Position numbers and translations under genes: made by a program
DNA from: Gordonia sp. (in: high G+C Gram-positive bacteria)
Lineage (GTDB): Bacteria; Actinomycetota; Actinomycetes; Mycobacteriales; Mycobacteriaceae
Length of the DNA stretch: 64,000 nt
NCBI GenBank assembly: GCA_047605305.1
Contig: JASGFW010000003.1
Coordinates: 896-64,895 of the forward strand
Direction of reading: 5' to 3'
Shown: positions 1 to 10,204 of the stretch, in pieces
Numbering within the stretch: the first letter of the stretch is position 1
Layout: every line of letters begins with the position of its first letter
The notes under the pieces: model-generated
What the model was told of the DNA's origin: nothing
What the model saw: the letters and a program-made list of their open reading frames with translations, nothing else
The model's database searches: none

Positions 1-35
1 TACCTGACCGGTCGACTCACCGACGCCGTGGGTCG

Positions 36-1526
36 GTGGCAGGTCGGTGCGGACGGACGTTTGACGTGACGACAGATGCGAAACCGCTCCACGTCGCCGA
101 CGCGGTGCCCGCAGCGCTGCCCGACGGATTTCAGGTACAGATCGACCTACATTGCGCCCGCGACGGCGACCTGCGTTATCTGGTGGGCGGCTCGCCAACC
201 CGGCTGATCCGCCTCTCCGACGCCGCGCTGGGCATGACATCCGCTGACGGGCGGATAGAAGTCTGCGACGCCCCAACCCGGCAGCTGGCGCGCCGCCTGC
301 TCGACTCGGGAATTGCTCATCCGCGCCCGATGTCGGGTCCGTCGACGGATTCGGTGACCATCGTCGTTCCGGTGCGTGACAACCAGTCCGGCGTCGACCG
401 TTTGCTGCGGGCGGTCGCTGGTACCCGGGTGATCGTCGTCGACGATGGGTCGGCGCAACCCATCACCGTGACGGGGGAGGGGGTCGTCGTGATCCGCCTC
501 GACGACAACCGTGGGCCGGCGGCCGCACGCAACGTGGGTGCCGCCGCGGCGACCACGGAGTTCATCGCCTTTCTCGATTCCGATGTGGTGCCCCGTCCGG
601 ACTGGCTGGTGATGTTGCTCGCACACTTCTCCGACCCGCAGGTGGCCGCCGTCGCGCCGCGGATCATCGGTCTGAGTCGCTCTGCGCTGGCGGGTGCGAC
701 GTGGAGTTCCCGACGACGTTCGATCGCCGAACGGTACGAGAATGGATATTCATCACTCGACATGGGTCCCGCGGAGGCCGCTGTGGCGCCGGGCACCCGC
801 ATCCCATATGTGCCCAGTGCGGCAATAGTACTGAGGCGCAGTGCATTCAGTGGATTTGATGAGTCGACGCGGGTAGCTGAAGATGTGGATCTGTGCTGGC
901 GCTTACATGAGGCCGGATGGCGTATCCGCTACGATCCGGTCGCTGCAGTCGCACATGATCACCGCACCGGGATACGTAAGGTGCTCGACCGCCGCCGCTT
1001 CTACGGCACCGGTGCCGCCTTCCTGGCTAAGCGCCACGGCACGCAGGCGGCACCGGCGGTGATGACGGTGTCGATGGCGGTGGCACTTGCCGCACTGCTC
1101 ACCCGTACCCGGATCGGCGCAGTGATCGCATTGATCGTGTTGGGTCGAATGTCATTGCGGCTACGTGGACGGCTGGGCGAATTACCGCAAGCATTCTGGG
1201 TGTCGGCCCAAATGACTACTCGGGCAACGTTCTTCGGAATTATGCAGGTGGCTGGTGCGGTGTGTCGGCATTATTGGCCGCTGACGGTGCTGCTATCGGT
1301 GATCTCCCCGCGGTTTCGACGGCTCGTGATCGAGCTTGCCGTAGCCGAAGGACTGGTGGAATGGGTGCGTCGGGTAGTTGCCGAGCCGTCGGTGATGCCC
1401 ACACTTGGGCCGCTGAGTTTTCTGTTGCTGCGTCGACTCGACGACCTCGCCTACGGGGCGGGATTGTGGCAAGGGGTGATCGGTCACCGTGATCTGACCG
1501 CGCTGCGGCCGGTACTTATTCCCTGA
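36..1526 (+). CDS. mftF: Mycofactocin-system glycosyltransferase (MftF-like, GT2 family)
   Basis: 496 aa ORF with GT2-type motifs (VTIVVPVRDN, VIVVDDGS, FLDSDV) and C-terminal hydrophobic segments. A GMC oxidoreductase follows directly, which is the mftF-mftG arrangement. The GTG start at 36 is uncertain because it sits close to the window edge. Confidence 0.7.
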   Translation: MAGRCGRTFDVTTDAKPLHVADAVPAALPDGFQVQIDLHCARDGDLRYLVGGSPTRLIRLSDAALGMTSADGRIEVCDAPTRQLARRLLDSGIAHPRPMSGPSTDSVTIVVPVRDNQSGVDRLLRAVAGTRVIVVDDGSAQPITVTGEGVVVIRLDDNRGPAAARNVGAAAATTEFIAFLDSDVVPRPDWLVMLLAHFSDPQVAAVAPRIIGLSRSALAGATWSSRRRSIAERYENGYSSLDMGPAEAAVAPGTRIPYVPSAAIVLRRSAFSGFDESTRVAEDVDLCWRLHEAGWRIRYDPVAAVAHDHRTGIRKVLDRRRFYGTGAAFLAKRHGTQAAPAVMTVSMAVALAALLTRTRIGAVIALIVLGRMSLRLRGRLGELPQAFWVSAQMTTRATFFGIMQVAGAVCRHYWPLTVLLSVISPRFRRLVIELAVAEGLVEWVRRVVAEPSVMPTLGPLSFLLLRRLDDLAYGAGLWQGVIGHRDLTALRPVLIP

Positions 1527-1536
1527 ATCCCACCAC

Positions 1537-2895
1537 ATGTCACGCGGATCGGTGTTGTCGGGTATTGCGCCCACGACCACCGCTGACGTGGTGATCGTGG
1601 GCGCCGGCAGCGCCGGATGTGTGCTCGCCGACAAACTCTCCCGTGACGGCTCGCGTCAGGTGCTGCTACTCGAACAGGGGCCTCTCGCCTGGCCGGAGCC
1701 TTCGGTGCTCGACGTGCGTCGCCTGCCCATCGCCGCCGGGGATCCCTACGTGACCCGCCACCGTGGCGCACCGGAGTACGAGGTGGTTCGCGGCAGAGGA
1801 TTGGGCGGTTCCTCGGTGGTCAATGGCGGTTACTTTTTGCGTTGGCACCCCGGGGATTTCGATGGTTGGCCCACCGGCTGGAGCCTGGCCGACATCGACG
1901 CCGCCTACGCTGAACTGGACGCGCCCGGCGGCACCATGCATGTGCATCCGTGCGCCGATGACGACATCGGTGATGCCGCAGCGGCTTTCGAGAAGTATTG
2001 GGCGCACCGACTGCCGATCCGGGCGCCCGGTGAGCGGTGGCCGGTCCTCGGCGTCAACCGGGTGCTAACCAATAGTGTTGACGGATATCGGCGTACCGCC
2101 GCGCAGGCGTATTTGAGCCCTGCCCTGGGGCGTGCGGGACTGTCGGTGTGTGCGGATTCCCGGGTGGATGCGATCGTGACGAATGGGCGAAGAGTGGTCG
2201 GCGTGCGGGTGGGTGGGTACACGGTGCGCTGCGCGGAACTGATCCTGTGCGCGGGCACGCTTGGGACGGCGGAATTGTTGCTGCGCTCGGGAATTGAATC
2301 TTTGGCGGCACCGATGAGGGTCGGTGAACATCGGGAGATGCTTGTCGGGTATCGTCGTACGGGCACCGCGCCGGTGAGCGGGATGGTACTGCCGAGTGTC
2401 GTCCACACCGATGATGGAATTGAAATACGGTGCTATCGAGACGATTTCGCAAAATACATTCGCGCCATTCCGGCGACGGGGCCGGTTATCGGGGTAAGCG
2501 CGATGCGGCCGGCGTCGAGCGGTATGCTCCACCTGGCGGACGGTGCGGTGCGCTTACAACTGGAGCCGCCCGACGCGCCGACCCTGCGCCGGATGAGTGC
2601 GGCGGCGCAGGAGGTTGCGGCAATGCTGCGCAGCGCTGAGTTCGCGGCGCTGGTGATCAAAGACTCCGTGCGGATCGACCCGGTGATACGGACTTCTCAG
2701 CATGCGTGGGGATGCGCCGCGATGGGGCTGCGCACCGACTGGCTCGGCGGGGTGGACGGCATACGCGGACTGCGGATCGTCGACGGATCGATTCTGCCGA
2801 CCGCCGGCCGTAGCGGCCCGCACGCCACCACAATGATGCTCGCCTGCCGCATCGGCGACCTGCTGGCCGCCGGGGCCGCAGGTGTGGCCGGTTAA
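1537..2895 (+). CDS. mftG: Mycofactocin-associated GMC-family FAD oxidoreductase (MftG-like)
   Basis: 452 aa ORF with an N-terminal FAD-binding fold (DVVIVGAGSAGCVLADKLS) and a GMC-type C-terminal region. It lies 10 nt downstream of the mftF-like gene. Confidence 0.72.
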   Translation: MSRGSVLSGIAPTTTADVVIVGAGSAGCVLADKLSRDGSRQVLLLEQGPLAWPEPSVLDVRRLPIAAGDPYVTRHRGAPEYEVVRGRGLGGSSVVNGGYFLRWHPGDFDGWPTGWSLADIDAAYAELDAPGGTMHVHPCADDDIGDAAAAFEKYWAHRLPIRAPGERWPVLGVNRVLTNSVDGYRRTAAQAYLSPALGRAGLSVCADSRVDAIVTNGRRVVGVRVGGYTVRCAELILCAGTLGTAELLLRSGIESLAAPMRVGEHREMLVGYRRTGTAPVSGMVLPSVVHTDDGIEIRCYRDDFAKYIRAIPATGPVIGVSAMRPASSGMLHLADGAVRLQLEPPDAPTLRRMSAAAQEVAAMLRSAEFAALVIKDSVRIDPVIRTSQHAWGCAAMGLRTDWLGGVDGIRGLRIVDGSILPTAGRSGPHATTMMLACRIGDLLAAGAAGVAG

Positions 2896-2944
2896 CGATC
2901 ATATCTCCGGGCGGGCAGCTCCAGGGTGCCTGCCCTACACCGGC

Positions 2945-2973
2945 TGGGTCCTGGATCGGGTGGGTCCTACACT
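2945..2973 (+). promoter_or_regulatory. Candidate promoter upstream of the CopD/CtaG-like gene (TGGGTC-17 nt-TACACT)
   Basis: The TACACT hexamer at 2968-2973 is identical to the -10-like hexamer of the r-protein promoter elements in this window. A weak -35-like TGGGTC lies 17 nt upstream, and GGGTCCT occurs as a direct repeat at 2946-2952 and 2962-2968. Confidence 0.25.
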
Positions 2974-3011
2974 GGGCGGGACGTCGAGAAACCGGCGGGC
3001 AAGGAGGACTC

Positions 3012-5018
3012 GTGGTGGCCGCCGCGGATACAGCGAATGTTGACGAAGACCCGGTGAGTCGGCGAAGGGTGTTCCCGGCGACCCGGATTTTCGGCGCATG
3101 TGTCATCGTCGCGCTGGTCGGCGTCGTGGGCTATGCGCTCGCCGCGGGCGGCTCCCGACACCGCGACAGCGGCGACCCGTTTCCCGGGACGGTGACGGCG
3201 ACCATCGACGTGGCCGGATACTTCCTCGGCATCATTGCGGCGGCCCTCGTCTTCGGTGGGGTGGTCTTCATTCTCACTAACGCGCGCCCGGACGATCGCG
3301 GACTGATCGACGTCACCGTGTACCGCGCCCATCTGGACGTGCGGCGGATCGCTCCCGCATGGGCGGTGTTGTCGTGGCTTATGGTCGCGGTATCCGCCGG
3401 CGATGCCGCGGGCACCACGGCATGGAAACTACTGCGCAGCGGATACCTCATCGATGTGCTCGGAGCCAGCGAGATGACGGTGGCGTGGATCGTGGTCGCG
3501 GTGTGCGCCACCGTTATCGCCGTGCTGATCCGCATCGGACTCAGCTGGACAACGCACCTCGTCGCGTTTCTGCCCGCCGCGGTTGCGGTGGTGGCGCCGC
3601 TGATGGCGGGCAATGCGGGGCAGGGACCCAACCACGACTACACGACGAGCCTCGGGATCGCATTCGCGCTCGCTTTCGGTATCTCGCTTGGCTTCCGGGC
3701 CGCCTGGCTCGTTGCGCCGCCGATACCCGACGCACATCATCGTGCTGCGGTGGCGCGCCGCAATTGCATCCTCCTCACGATCACCGATGTTGTCGCGGGC
3801 GTCACCGCCGTGGGTCTGGCGGCATTCCTGCTGCCGGCCCGGTTCATATTCACCACCGCATTCGGGATCGCGTCGGTGATCTGGATCGCGGCGCTCGTCC
3901 TCGTGCTGGTGGGCGCGGTTGTCGGTGTGCGGCGCACCAGGCGTTCCGCGCCTCTCGCCCCGGGGATGCTCTCGGGTGCGGTGCTACTGCTGGCCGTCGG
4001 GGCATGCTGGACGGTGATGGACACCCGCGTGGCACCGGGCCTACTCGCACACAGATTCACCGGATGGGATGTGTTCCTCGGTTACGAGTTGCCCGGCCCG
4101 CCGACGGTGGTTAACCTCGCCACCTTCTGGCGCTTCGACCTCCTCGTCGGAACCGCGGCGGTCATCGCGGCGATCCTCTACGGCGTCGGGGTGTATCTAC
4201 TGCGCCGCCGCGGCATCAGCTGGCCCGCCGGGCGTACCCTCGCCTGGATACTTGGCTGCGCGGTACTGGTCGTGGTCACCGGATCGGGAGTGCGGGCATA
4301 CGGGTCGGCGCAGTTCAGCATCCACATGGCCGAACATATGGCGCTCAACATGTTTGCGCCCGTGCTACTTGTCCTTGGTGCGCCGGTCACGCTGGCGCTG
4401 CGGGTGCTGCCCGCTTCATCCGCAGACGCCCCACCCGGACCGCGTGAGTGGCTGGTGCGTTTCGTACACACCAGGATTACCGCGGTGTTCGCCAATCCCG
4501 TTGTCGCACTCGGGTTCTTCGTGGCGTCGCTCTACGCGGTGTATTTCACCCCGATCTTCGCCACCCTCACCCGCTACCACTGGGGCCATGTGGTGCTGAC
4601 GATTCACTTCCTGATCACCGGATACCTGTTTTACTGGGTGATCATCGGTATCGATCCGGGACCGCGCCGGATCCCATTCCTGGCACGCATCGGTCTGCTA
4701 TTCGCCGTCATGCCGTTTCACGCGTTTTTCGGCATCGCACTGATGACGATGTCGTCGGTCGTCGGCGACAAGTTTTACGGTCAGCTGATGCTGCCGTGGG
4801 TCACCGACCGCCTACACGATCAGTGGCTGGGCGGCGCCATCGCCTGGGGAGCGAGTGAGGTTCCGGTGGTGATCGTGGTGGTGGCAATCGTGTCGCAGTG
4901 GGCGAAATCGGATCGGCGCGAGGGTAAACGCGCCGACCGGCATGCCGACACCTATGAGGACAATGAACTCGACGCGTACAACGCCATGCTGGAGGAACTG
5001 GCCAAATCGCGGCGTTAG
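3012..5018 (+). CDS. Polytopic membrane protein, CopD-like N-terminal half fused to a CtaG/caa3-assembly-like C-terminal half
   Basis: 668 aa ORF with many predicted TM helices throughout. The call rests on family resemblance (copper resistance D plus cytochrome c oxidase assembly factor CtaG architecture) and on the copper-locus context. Confidence 0.65.
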   Translation: MVAAADTANVDEDPVSRRRVFPATRIFGACVIVALVGVVGYALAAGGSRHRDSGDPFPGTVTATIDVAGYFLGIIAAALVFGGVVFILTNARPDDRGLIDVTVYRAHLDVRRIAPAWAVLSWLMVAVSAGDAAGTTAWKLLRSGYLIDVLGASEMTVAWIVVAVCATVIAVLIRIGLSWTTHLVAFLPAAVAVVAPLMAGNAGQGPNHDYTTSLGIAFALAFGISLGFRAAWLVAPPIPDAHHRAAVARRNCILLTITDVVAGVTAVGLAAFLLPARFIFTTAFGIASVIWIAALVLVLVGAVVGVRRTRRSAPLAPGMLSGAVLLLAVGACWTVMDTRVAPGLLAHRFTGWDVFLGYELPGPPTVVNLATFWRFDLLVGTAAVIAAILYGVGVYLLRRRGISWPAGRTLAWILGCAVLVVVTGSGVRAYGSAQFSIHMAEHMALNMFAPVLLVLGAPVTLALRVLPASSADAPPGPREWLVRFVHTRITAVFANPVVALGFFVASLYAVYFTPIFATLTRYHWGHVVLTIHFLITGYLFYWVIIGIDPGPRRIPFLARIGLLFAVMPFHAFFGIALMTMSSVVGDKFYGQLMLPWVTDRLHDQWLGGAIAWGASEVPVVIVVVAIVSQWAKSDRREGKRADRHADTYEDNELDAYNAMLEELAKSRR

Positions 5019-5086
5019 CAGGGGGAGCGGTATCGCCGGTCTGGCCCCTGCCGGCTGGGACTTGACCCGACTGGGAGAATGAGCGC

Positions 5087-5584
5087 ATGCGGTGTGAGAT
5101 CGCGCGGGAATCGTTGTCGGCGCGGATTGACGGCGAACGTGAATCGGTACCCGCCGCCCGCGTCGATGAACATCTGCAGCACTGTGACGGCTGCACCCAG
5201 TGGTATCGGACCGCCCGCGGGCTGAGCCTGGCTGCGGCCGATCTCGCCCCCGACCTCAGCGCGGCAATCCTCGCGGCGTCACGCACCCGTGCCGCGGGCC
5301 CCGATACCGGAGGACATGCGGCGACCGGTGCTCGTGCGGAGCTGGGGAATTATGGTGTGGTGGGTGTGCGGGCGGCGGCCATTGCCTGCGGGGTCGCCAC
5401 GGTGGTGCTCGGCGCCGGCTATCTCACCGGTTCACCGCCCGCGCCGTATGTGATCGTGCACGTCGTGTTCGGCGTGGTCGCGGCAGTGGTGATCGGATTG
5501 TCCGTGCTCATGTGGAGGCGTGAACGCCGCCGCATATCGGCGGTCAGCGACGATTGCCGAAGCGTTGCAGACGCAGACTGTTAG
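5087..5584 (+). CDS. zf-HC2 (ZAS-type) putative anti-sigma factor, membrane anchored
   Basis: 165 aa ORF with an N-terminal HxxxCxxC motif (EHLQHCDGC) and C-terminal hydrophobic helices. Its 3' end overlaps the convergent ATPase gene by 41 nt. Confidence 0.6.
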   Translation: MRCEIARESLSARIDGERESVPAARVDEHLQHCDGCTQWYRTARGLSLAAADLAPDLSAAILAASRTRAAGPDTGGHAATGARAELGNYGVVGVRAAAIACGVATVVLGAGYLTGSPPAPYVIVHVVFGVVAAVVIGLSVLMWRRERRRISAVSDDCRSVADADC

Positions 5585-7820
5585 ACACCACGAATAGCGA
5601 TGAGAGTGCCATTGCGGCACTGGCGATCAGAGGATTGAGCACCCCGAATGCTGCGATCGGGATGGCGGCGACGTTATATCCGAAGGCCCAGATGAGGTTG
5701 GTGCGGATGGTGTGCGCGGTGGCGCGGGCCAGGCTCAGTGCCGCCGGAACGGCACGCAAGTCGTCACGCACCACAATCACGTCGGCCGCGCCGATCGCGA
5801 CGTCCGTGCCACGGCCGATGGCCAGCCCGAGATCGGCGGTCGCCAAGGCCGGACCATCGTTGATCCCGTCGCCGACCATGGCCACCGTCCGGCCCGCCTC
5901 CTGCAGAGTCCGGATCGCATCGACCTTGCCGTCCGGCAGTACTTCGGCGATGACCTCGGTGATACCGACCGCGTCGGCGACGGCCCGAGCGGCACCCGCG
6001 TTGTCACCAGTCAGTAGAACGGTGCGTATGCCTGCCGCCTGCAATCCGGAAATTGCTTGGGCGGCACTGGGTTTGATTGTGTCGGCGACGGTGATGAGAC
6101 CGCAGGGGCGCTCATCGATGCCGACGTACAGCACGGTCTGTCCCGTCGCCTCGGCGTCGCGGCGGATACGCTCCATCGCGGCCGGTACCACCACCGGATG
6201 CGGTATCCAGCGCGGCGATCCGACGCGAACGAGTCGGCCGCCGACGACACCGGTGACTCCGCGGCCCGTTTCGGCCCGGAAGTCGGTGAGCACGCCGAGT
6301 CGCTGCACGTCGACGGCGGCGACGATCGCCGATCCCAACGCGTGTTCGGACGCGTTCTCCACGGTGGCGGCCAGGGTGAGGATCTCGTCGGTGGTGTGGT
6401 CGTCGGTGCACCACACCCGGGTCACCGACAATGCGCCCTCGGTGACGGTGCCGGTTTTATCGAAGACGACGGTGTCGATACTGCGCGACGTATCCAGTGC
6501 CTGATGGCCCTTCAGGAAAATCCCCAGTTGCGCGCCGCGTCCTGTCGCGACCATCATCGCGATCGGAGTGGCCAGGCCGAGCGCGCACGGGCAGGCGATG
6601 ACGAGGACGGCTAGTCCGGCACCAACCGCCCGATCGACCGAGCCGCCGGCCGCCAGCCAACCAAGGATGGTCAGCACGGCCAGGGTGATGACCACCGGGA
6701 CAAACACGCCGGCGACCCGATCAGCGAGCCGCTGGGCGTTGGCCTTTCCGGTCTGGGCGTCCTCGACGAGGCGCATCATGCCGGCGAATGCGGTGTCTGG
6801 GCCGACAGCGGCCGCCTCAACCACCAGCCGCCCGCCGAGTACCGTGGTGCCGCCGATCACCGGTTCTCCCGGTGCGGTCTCGACGGGCCGGGATTCGCCG
6901 GTCATCGCGCTCATGTCGATGTCGGCGGTGCCCTCGATAACGAGGCCGTCGGTACCGATGGTCTCGCCGGGCCGCACGACGAAGCGCTGCTGCTCCTTCA
7001 ACTCGGCCGCCGGTATGCGCATCTCGCTGCCGTCGGGCAGCAGGACGGCAACATCTTTGGTGCCGAGGGCGGCCAGTGCGCGCAGTGCACCGCCCGCGCG
7101 TGAGCGTGCGCGGGCTTCGAAATAGCGGCCGGCGAGGACGAGTACCGTCACCCCGGTGGCCACCTCAAGGTAGATGGAGTCGGCAGCCCAGATCGCCGCC
7201 CATACCCCGCTGCCGCGGTGTGCGCCGCGCTCGGGGGCACAAAACATCGAATAGAGCGACCACCCCGTCGCCGCCACCACGCCGAGCGTGACGAGCGTTT
7301 CCATGGTGGCCGCACCGGCCCGGAGATTTTTGAGCGCGACACGGTAGAACGGCCACGCACACCACGTGAGGATCGGCACGGCCAGCGCCAGCACTAACCA
7401 CTGCCAGCCGGTGAACCGGGTGCTGGGAACCACCGCGAACACGATCGACAGATCGGCGAGCGGGATGAACAGGATCAGTGCGACGGCAAGCCGCCGGAAC
7501 AGTCGGCGGGCCTCGTCGCCGTCGGTGTCGGGGATGGGGTGCGCAGAGTTGTCGCGGACCGTCGCGCCGTAACCGGTCTTATCGACGACATCGCATAACG
7601 CCTGGGCGCCCACCCCGGGCGCGGCATCGATGGTTGCCACCCGCGTCGCATAGTTGACCGACGCTCGCACGCCCTCGATCTTGTTGAGTTTGCGCTCGAT
7701 CCGTGCCGCGCACGCCCCGCATGACATCCCCGACACGTCCAGCGTGACCCGTTCCGGTGTGCTCGGTTCCGGTGCGATGGGTTGTGGCGTGTTTCGCGCG
7801 GGGCCCTCGATGGTGGTCAC
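5544..7820 (-). CDS. Copper(I)-translocating P1B-type ATPase
   Basis: 758 aa ORF. Motifs: HMA domain [15 protein letters not shown] motif ([11 protein letters not shown]), phosphorylation site DKTGT, hinge [10 protein letters not shown], and TM7/8 YN and MALSS motifs typical of Cu(I) exporters. Confidence 0.92.
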   Translation of the reverse strand: MTTIEGPARNTPQPIAPEPSTPERVTLDVSGMSCGACAARIERKLNKIEGVRASVNYATRVATIDAAPGVGAQALCDVVDKTGYGATVRDNSAHPIPDTDGDEARRLFRRLAVALILFIPLADLSIVFAVVPSTRFTGWQWLVLALAVPILTWCAWPFYRVALKNLRAGAATMETLVTLGVVAATGWSLYSMFCAPERGAHRGSGVWAAIWAADSIYLEVATGVTVLVLAGRYFEARARSRAGGALRALAALGTKDVAVLLPDGSEMRIPAAELKEQQRFVVRPGETIGTDGLVIEGTADIDMSAMTGESRPVETAPGEPVIGGTTVLGGRLVVEAAAVGPDTAFAGMMRLVEDAQTGKANAQRLADRVAGVFVPVVITLAVLTILGWLAAGGSVDRAVGAGLAVLVIACPCALGLATPIAMMVATGRGAQLGIFLKGHQALDTSRSIDTVVFDKTGTVTEGALSVTRVWCTDDHTTDEILTLAATVENASEHALGSAIVAAVDVQRLGVLTDFRAETGRGVTGVVGGRLVRVGSPRWIPHPVVVPAAMERIRRDAEATGQTVLYVGIDERPCGLITVADTIKPSAAQAISGLQAAGIRTVLLTGDNAGAARAVADAVGITEVIAEVLPDGKVDAIRTLQEAGRTVAMVGDGINDGPALATADLGLAIGRGTDVAIGAADVIVVRDDLRAVPAALSLARATAHTIRTNLIWAFGYNVAAIPIAAFGVLNPLIASAAMALSSLFVVSNSLRLQRFGNRR

Positions 7821-7928
7821 ATGTCCTCAGATTCTTCCGGCGCCGGGGTTGTTCACCAGTATGTCGTTCCCGCGGGGCCGGAAGTTCCCGGAGATGGCCG
7901 GTCGAGTGGACCAGATCACCTGGTCGCC

Positions 7929-8582
7929 TCAGATCAGCGTCGACCAGTAATCCCAGAACTGCACGCCGATCGCCACGAGCACGATCGCGTACCACAACGG
8001 CAGCAGTACCCACAGCCATCCGCGAACCTCAGCGGCCCGAGTGGTATCGGGCAGGGTGCGATTGACGCTGAGGATGAGGATGATGGGGGTGATCGCCCAG
8101 ACGGCCATGCAATACGGACACAGCGCGTGGATGCGGTACACCGACGAGTAGAACAAGAAGTTGATCAAGGCGAAGCCGGCCGTCGTCGCCAGCGCCTGGC
8201 CGAGCCAATACCAACGCGGCAGCGATACGCCGGTGAGCGCGAGTACGCCGGTAACGATGACGACGGCGAAAGCAGCGATCCCGATCAGCGGGTTAGGGAA
8301 TCCGAAGATCGCCGCCTGCCACGTCTTCATCACCGAACCGCAGGAAATGATCGGATTCAGCGAGCAACTCGGTGTGTAACCCGGGTCGGTGAGAATCCGG
8401 ATCTTCTCGATGGTCAGCGTCGCCGACGCGATGAAACCGATCAATGCAGTGATGAGCACGACCAATGCCGTCGGTCTGCCCACCGCAATGAGCGTCCGCA
8501 GACCACCAGCAGGCGATACCGCTACCGGTGTGGTCTGCGCCCGATCGCCGTCGACGTCTCCGACGGTGGTTACCGTGCTCAT
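7929..8582 (-). CDS. Vitamin K epoxide reductase (VKOR) family membrane protein
   Basis: 217 aa multi-TM ORF with cysteine pairs (SCSLNPIISC and CPYC). It is adjacent to a DsbA-like gene, as in the actinobacterial VKOR/DsbA pairs that replace DsbB. Confidence 0.78.
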   Translation of the reverse strand: MSTVTTVGDVDGDRAQTTPVAVSPAGGLRTLIAVGRPTALVVLITALIGFIASATLTIEKIRILTDPGYTPSCSLNPIISCGSVMKTWQAAIFGFPNPLIGIAAFAVVIVTGVLALTGVSLPRWYWLGQALATTAGFALINFLFYSSVYRIHALCPYCMAVWAITPIILILSVNRTLPDTTRAAEVRGWLWVLLPLWYAIVLVAIGVQFWDYWSTLI

Positions 8583-8607
8583 ACCTCGTGCTCGATTCTC
8601 GCGTGGC

Positions 8608-9351
8608 TCACTTGTTCACCGCGGCGTTGACCGCAGCGATCAGCGCAGCCGGATCGGCCTGCTGGGGCAGCTGGTACACCTGCCCGTTGATCTTGACGGT
8701 CGGGGTGCCCTCGACGCCGGATTGCAGTACCGTCTCCGTTCGCTTTTTCACCCAGCCGCCGAACTGCTTGTCGGCGATGCACTGCTTGACGTTGCTGGCG
8801 CCGGACTTATTGGCGATGTTGTTGAGTACCTCGTCGGTCAGCCCGGCGCTGCCCTCCGCCGGCTGCTGGGCGTAGAGCGCGTCGTGCAACTTCAACCAGG
8901 TGGTGAAGTCGCCGCCGGCGGCGGTGGATTCGGCTACGCACGCCGACGCATTAGCCGCGCGCGATGAATAGTTGGTGGTCGACATTTTATCCAGGAAGGC
9001 AATCGGCGTGTAGTCGACGGCGACCTTCGGATTGGCCCGGATCTGGGCAATCGCGTCACCGTATTGCGCCTCGAACTGCCGGCACACCGGGCACTGGAAA
9101 TCTTCGACGAGGGTCACCACGACCGGCGGGGTGGTGCCCTTGGGTGCGGTGGTGACGCGGAATGCGCCATTGGTGGCCACGCTCACCTCGCTGCCCGACC
9201 CGGTCGACGATTCGTGTGACACCGCAATCCACACGCCGATGCCGACGGCCAGCGCCACGAGCACGACGGCCGCACCGATCTTTATCAGCAGGGAGCGCCG
9301 TTTTTCGGCTGCTCGCGGGTCAACGATCGGCTTACGACGCTTGTCGGCCAC
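8608..9351 (-). CDS. DsbA-family thiol:disulfide oxidoreductase, membrane anchored
   Basis: 247 aa ORF with an N-terminal TM helix, a thioredoxin-fold CPVC active site, and a VKOR gene immediately downstream. Confidence 0.8.
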   Translation of the reverse strand: MADKRRKPIVDPRAAEKRRSLLIKIGAAVVLVALAVGIGVWIAVSHESSTGSGSEVSVATNGAFRVTTAPKGTTPPVVVTLVEDFQCPVCRQFEAQYGDAIAQIRANPKVAVDYTPIAFLDKMSTTNYSSRAANASACVAESTAAGGDFTTWLKLHDALYAQQPAEGSAGLTDEVLNNIANKSGASNVKQCIADKQFGGWVKKRTETVLQSGVEGTPTVKINGQVYQLPQQADPAALIAAVNAAVNK

Positions 9352-9541
9352 GGATTCCTCACCTTTGCTGTTTACCCGGTTGTGCTGTTGTCCGGTATCT
9401 GTTTCAGCCCAATATCGTGGCGAAGGTGCCGACGGAATCCGGGGTTGTGTGCGCCCGATACCGACCAGGACAGGTTCCTCGCCGCCCTTCAGCGTACTGA
9501 ACGAGGCGAGTGAGCCGGCATGAGCCCGCGCTCACCCCGGG

Positions 9542-10120
9542 TCAGCCGCTGTGCCGAAACCGCGTCGCCTCCGACGCCTCGATCAACGATTCGCGCGCGC
9601 GAGCAACCCGGGACCGGACCGTGCCGATCGGGCATCCGGTCACCGCAGCTGCCTCCTGATAGGAGAGTCCGAGTACCTGGGTGAGCACCAGCGCCTCGCG
9701 GCGTTCGGCGGGCAGCGCATCGAGCAGGAGATTGGCCTCGACAACATCCTCCCAGCGCGACGGCCGGGTCGCGGCTTGCTGGTTGTCGGCGATATCGATC
9801 CAGTCGACGCCGCGGGTGATACGCGGGCGGGCCATCGCGCGACGTACCTCGTCGGCGCAGACTCGCCGCGCGATGGATAACAGCCAGGTGCGTGCGGTCG
9901 AGTTACCGGCGAACCGCGGCAGCGCCGTGATCGCCCGCAGATAGGTCTCCTGGGTCACGTCGTCGGCGGTGTTCGCATGTCCGAGGTGCGCGACGAAGCG
10001 CCAGACGTCGCGTTGTGTCTCGCGGATGAATGTTTCCAGGGCCCGCCGGTCGCCGCGTGCGGCGGCCAGGGCCAGGCCCGTCACCCGCGCATCATGGTCG
10101 GTTCGCCCTGACATGGGCAT
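9542..10120 (-). CDS. sigC: ECF RNA polymerase sigma factor, SigC-like
   Basis: Region 2 (ETFIRETQRDVWRFVAHL...DVTQETYLRA) and region 4 (REALVLTQVLGLSYQEAAAVTGCPIGTVRSRVARARE) closely resemble mycobacterial SigC. I place the start at ATG 10120 (alternative 10114). The 36 extra codons of the track ORF run through a 25-nt tandem repeat and are unlikely to be coding. Confidence 0.8.
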   Translation of the reverse strand: MPMSGRTDHDARVTGLALAAARGDRRALETFIRETQRDVWRFVAHLGHANTADDVTQETYLRAITALPRFAGNSTARTWLLSIARRVCADEVRRAMARPRITRGVDWIDIADNQQAATRPSRWEDVVEANLLLDALPAERREALVLTQVLGLSYQEAAAVTGCPIGTVRSRVARARESLIEASEATRFRHSG

Positions 10121-10140
10121 GACCCTATCGCGTCGACGAC

Positions 10141-10204
10141 GCTGCGTCGTAGACGCACATCTGATGCTGCGTCGTAGACGCATATCTGATGCTGCGTCGT
10201 AGAC
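10141..10204. repeat. Tandem direct repeat, 25-nt unit x about 2.6 (GCTGCGTCGTAGACGCAYATCTGAT) in the sigC upstream region
   Basis: Copies at 10141-10165 and 10166-10190 differ at one base. A partial third copy lies at 10191-10204, and 10131-10140 looks like a degenerate extra copy. The array sits between the racemase stop (10225) and the sigC start (10120). Confidence 0.9.

Noticed and set aside
10141-10204. Possible CRISPR-like array, suggested by the 25-nt direct repeats.
   Set aside because: The repeats are directly adjacent with no spacers, there are only about 2.6 copies, and no cas genes are present. It is a simple tandem repeat in a promoter region.
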